A DNA stretch of 63,516 nucleotides, counting the filler, from Craspedostauros australis (taxonomy: Eukaryota), in the NCBI GenBank assembly GCA_030167865.1. It is 20 parts of 20 records of this genome, joined end to end, with 100 filler letters (N's around TTAATTAATTAA, not from the genome) between each part and the next. Parts side by side here need not be neighbours in the genome. Positions count along the whole stretch, not along the records: positions 57,339 to 60,927 come from JALAGF010000127.1; positions 61,028 to 63,516 come from JALAGF010000128.1; 18 more parts are not named here. One strand, written 5' to 3'. Position 1 is the stretch's first letter. Each line of letters starts with the position of its first letter. The translations under genes were made by a program, and so were the position numbers. A model generated the notes under the pieces. The model made no database searches. It saw nothing but the letters and a program-made list of their open reading frames with translations, and was not told where the DNA came from. Below are positions 60,525 through 63,516 of this stretch, piece by piece.

Positions 60525-61899
60525 CTTCTGAGGGGGGCGGGATCCGAACTTCCCCCTCGGAAATTGAACTTCAACTTCGATTTGGTGCCCCAAATCGGAA
60601 ACGGCACCCAATTCTGAGTCCTGCCAAAAGCGAACTTCCACGCGTAGGCAAAATGTGCGCAATCAACACAGCGTTTTCATTGGCCAGTTCGTAGTCGTCT
60701 GTGTCCATTTTTTGACGTCGCCTGCTTCGACTCAGTTCGGTTCGCGCGCGCGCCTGCCAATCCCCCCAGAAAGCGCCACCACAAACCTATACGTGGTCCG
60801 TCTTACAGGGGGAGCCCCGTTTTGGAGACTTGAGTGTTCGCGATGGAGATCCTCACTTTCGCGAGGATTAAGGTCTTCGCAATGCCCATGTGTCGTCACG
60901 ATTCGTGTTTTTCCCACGACAGCTGCGNNNNNNNNNNNNNNNNNNNNNNNNNNNNNNNNNNNNNNNNNNNNTTAATTAATTAANNNNNNNNNNNNNNNNN
61001 NNNNNNNNNNNNNNNNNNNNNNNNNNNGTGGACTGCAGTGCCTGAAAACGAATCTGCCAACAACCAGCAGCCTCATTCCGTTGCTGGAGAAGCAAATCGT
61101 TGCGACAACCATAGCCAATGAGGAGGCTGAGCAACAGAAGAAAGACGAGAAGAGAAAGAAGCAACCCAGCAAGAGCAAAGCTGACATCATTGAGCCTCGC
61201 AACAACAACAGCAAAGCCGAAGCAGCACCCACCATGAACACATTCGAAGTGGCCATGTTCGTTGGCAAGGACGAGCATCACAGCAAAGCAGAGCAGGATA
61301 CCAACACAGCAGAGATGTAGCTGCAAATCGAAGTAGTAGTATTATATGTTATAGGCACACCTGTGGTTGGAGTGCCTGTGTGCGTATCGTCTGTTTGATG
61401 GCATGGAGGATTGTGATGTGTGGTGTGTGTTTTGTGATGTGATGTGTGGTGTGAATTGTGTGACGCGGACCGTTTTTTTGTGTCGTGAATGGTGTGCGTC
61501 GTGGAGCCATCGCGTTGTGGAGCCATCGTGTTGTGAAGCCGGCACGTTGTGTTGTGCCGCTCTGGTCGGAAAAATTCCAGCCGAACCACACACAAAAACG
61601 CTCCAAGGCCCCAACTGCGTCGATCGGAGCGCCAGCACAATCGGTGTGTGTCGCACAAACCAATGGAATGGCAAAGCCTCCTCTTGGTTGGTACCGCACT
61701 CGTACATCTGTACCACATCGTGCCATGCCAGTATTCCGCTTTCTCTTCATCACACATGTGCAACCCTCGCGATCGTTGCTGCCATCAAGTCCAAGCGTCT
61801 GTACTCGTCACTGGAGCACCAACGATGCATCCTCTGATCATTCATCTCTGCTCGTGCCCTGCCGACGGCGCTGCCACTAGCACAATCGTCATGTATTGG

Positions 61900-61955
61900 T
61901 AGAGTAGAGTAGAGTAGAGTAGAGTAGAGTAGAGTAGAGTAGAGCAGAGCAGAGC
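61900..61955 (+). repeat. (TAGAG)n/(CAGAG)n pentanucleotide microsatellite
   Basis: Directly visible tandem array. Confidence 0.9.
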
Positions 61956-62094
61956 GCAACGAATCCACACCATACAATGCTCGTATGCTATACTATGCTG
62001 TGATGTGATGTGATGTGCCAGTGCAGCTCCTATAATACGATACATACGACTATGTATTATGCCCATTGTATCCACTGTGCCTTTATTGTGTAAT

Positions 62095-63516
62095 CTACCT
62101 ATTCCACCACAGTTCGGAGGCATCCAGATGACGAACGTTGGTGATCTTCGTGCAAATCATGATGTTGCGCTTGGTATCGTACGCGGTGTGATAGCTGGGT
62201 GACAGCCAGCTGACATCGACCTCGTCAAATCCACATTCGATGAACCATTCCGTCGTCTGCGTGCTGAGAACGAAGACGCAGGACGCCCCCTTCTGCAGAC
62301 ACAGACATTCCATGTAGCCAAGCATGGCATCACCAAGTCCTTGCGCGCATTAGCTGCGATCCACGACGAGGCACGCGATCTTAGCGAACCTGTTCTCCAA
62401 CATCTTGAGCTGCCCAAACACCACGACGAGGTCATTGCGCGTGTAGACGTGGTATGAGGATAACATTTTTCTAACATGGCCTTTGGCCGATCCACTAGCG
62501 TTCCCATCTGGATGAGCGGTGTGATGAGCTCATGGATGGCACTGATGTCCTCGATCTTGGCCTGGCGGATATTGTTGTAGAGTTCGCGAGAGAGCATGGT
62601 GCCGCTGCTGTCTTGTGTGCACAGCTCCTGCAGCAACGCCCCATGCCGTGGTGAGATGATGTGCGCACGTCAGACGCCCTGCTCAAGTGCATACATTGCC
62701 CAGCCGATCTTGATGAGCTTGTTGCGCTTGGCGCTTTCCTGGGGACAGCTCTCGCCTAAGGTGACGAGACCGCGCTTGTGGACGTCGACAGTGCGGTGTC
62801 GCAGCAGGTTGTGGGCGTCCTTGACGCGCAGATGATGGATCTGCTTGCCATGGACATTGTGCCACAGCTGCACGTTGCCTTCTGTGAAGTAGATGATCTT
62901 GCTCGCATCCATGGCACCTGCGACCGAGCCTGCCAACTTTTGGAATTGGCATTGAAGACTTCATTGCTGGGGCTGATACCCCATGTTGTGAGCAGGACGA
63001 TATCGCAGGAGTTGTGAACCAGGCAGATCTTCTCGATGTCGATGCGGCGCGCAAATCCTGTGGATATAGAATCGACACCATCAAGGATGTTCAATGGCTG
63101 CGCCGTGTTGATAGGATCCATTTGGTGGGGACTGCTGGTGCCGGTGCTGGTAATTGCCATTGCCATTCGATTGATATTCCGAATCGAAATGCGCGGTCTG
63201 CTTCGACAATGGCATGTGCAAGTCGTTGGCATCCTGCATGCGCAATGATCGTGCCAGATGACGTTCGATCTTGTATCGGATATATCCCACCACCTCCTTG
63301 ACGACGCGCAACGCATCACGGTCTGTGACCGCCACGCCACGATGCCAATCCTGCCCCGCGATATGTTGCTGCAGCTGGTAACAGCATCCTGTGACGATGA
63401 TGATCTTGAGGCTCAGCAACCATGACAACACGATGTCGTTCATGAGGTCCTGCAGGAAGTTGGCATCCTGACCCTCCATGAGATCGCCCAGATTGTGGAA
63501 GACAACCAGGGTGTTG
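62095..63516 (-). pseudogene. argA: N-acetylglutamate synthase (AAK + GNAT domains) pseudogene; 5' end lies outside the window
   Basis: VTDRDALRVVKE..GYIRY, LDGVD..STG..RRID, GV*RAHIISP..GALLQEL, IRQAKIEDI, IACLVVD, GLGDAML and FVLSTQT.EWF. The motifs are spread over several frames, with stops at 62670 and 62350. Confidence 0.85.

Overview
This is eukaryotic DNA, most likely from a pennate diatom. The evidence is CoDi-type Ty1/copia elements, GT-AG introns, diatom-style STAND ATPases and a diatom-style LRR C-terminus. The window is not one continuous locus: 20 contigs are joined by 19 artificial N..TTAATTAATTAA..N linkers, and some contigs are out of order or orientation, so adjacency across a linker carries no information. 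Host-like genes are two STAND/AAA ATPases flanking a methyltransferase with a C-terminal FDX-ACB-like domain, a GT43 glycosyltransferase, a class-2 dihydroorotate dehydrogenase, a single-pass membrane protein with EF-hands, an Ala-rich low-complexity protein, and a Crinkler/RHS-like NTPase with a putative nuclease domain. The rest is dense in transposons: several copia lineages, nine copies or fragments of one ~800-bp LTR family, a second LTR family, and a PIF/Harbinger transposase. Decayed genes include N-acetylglutamate synthase and ankyrin, LRR and FAD-binding fragments, several with a CpG-deamination signature. The best leads are the CR-type NTPase-nuclease, inverted repeats bracketing DHODH, and a copia element with a non-canonical primer site and an unexplained ~380-aa insert. 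All calls come from motif recognition by eye; no searches were run.
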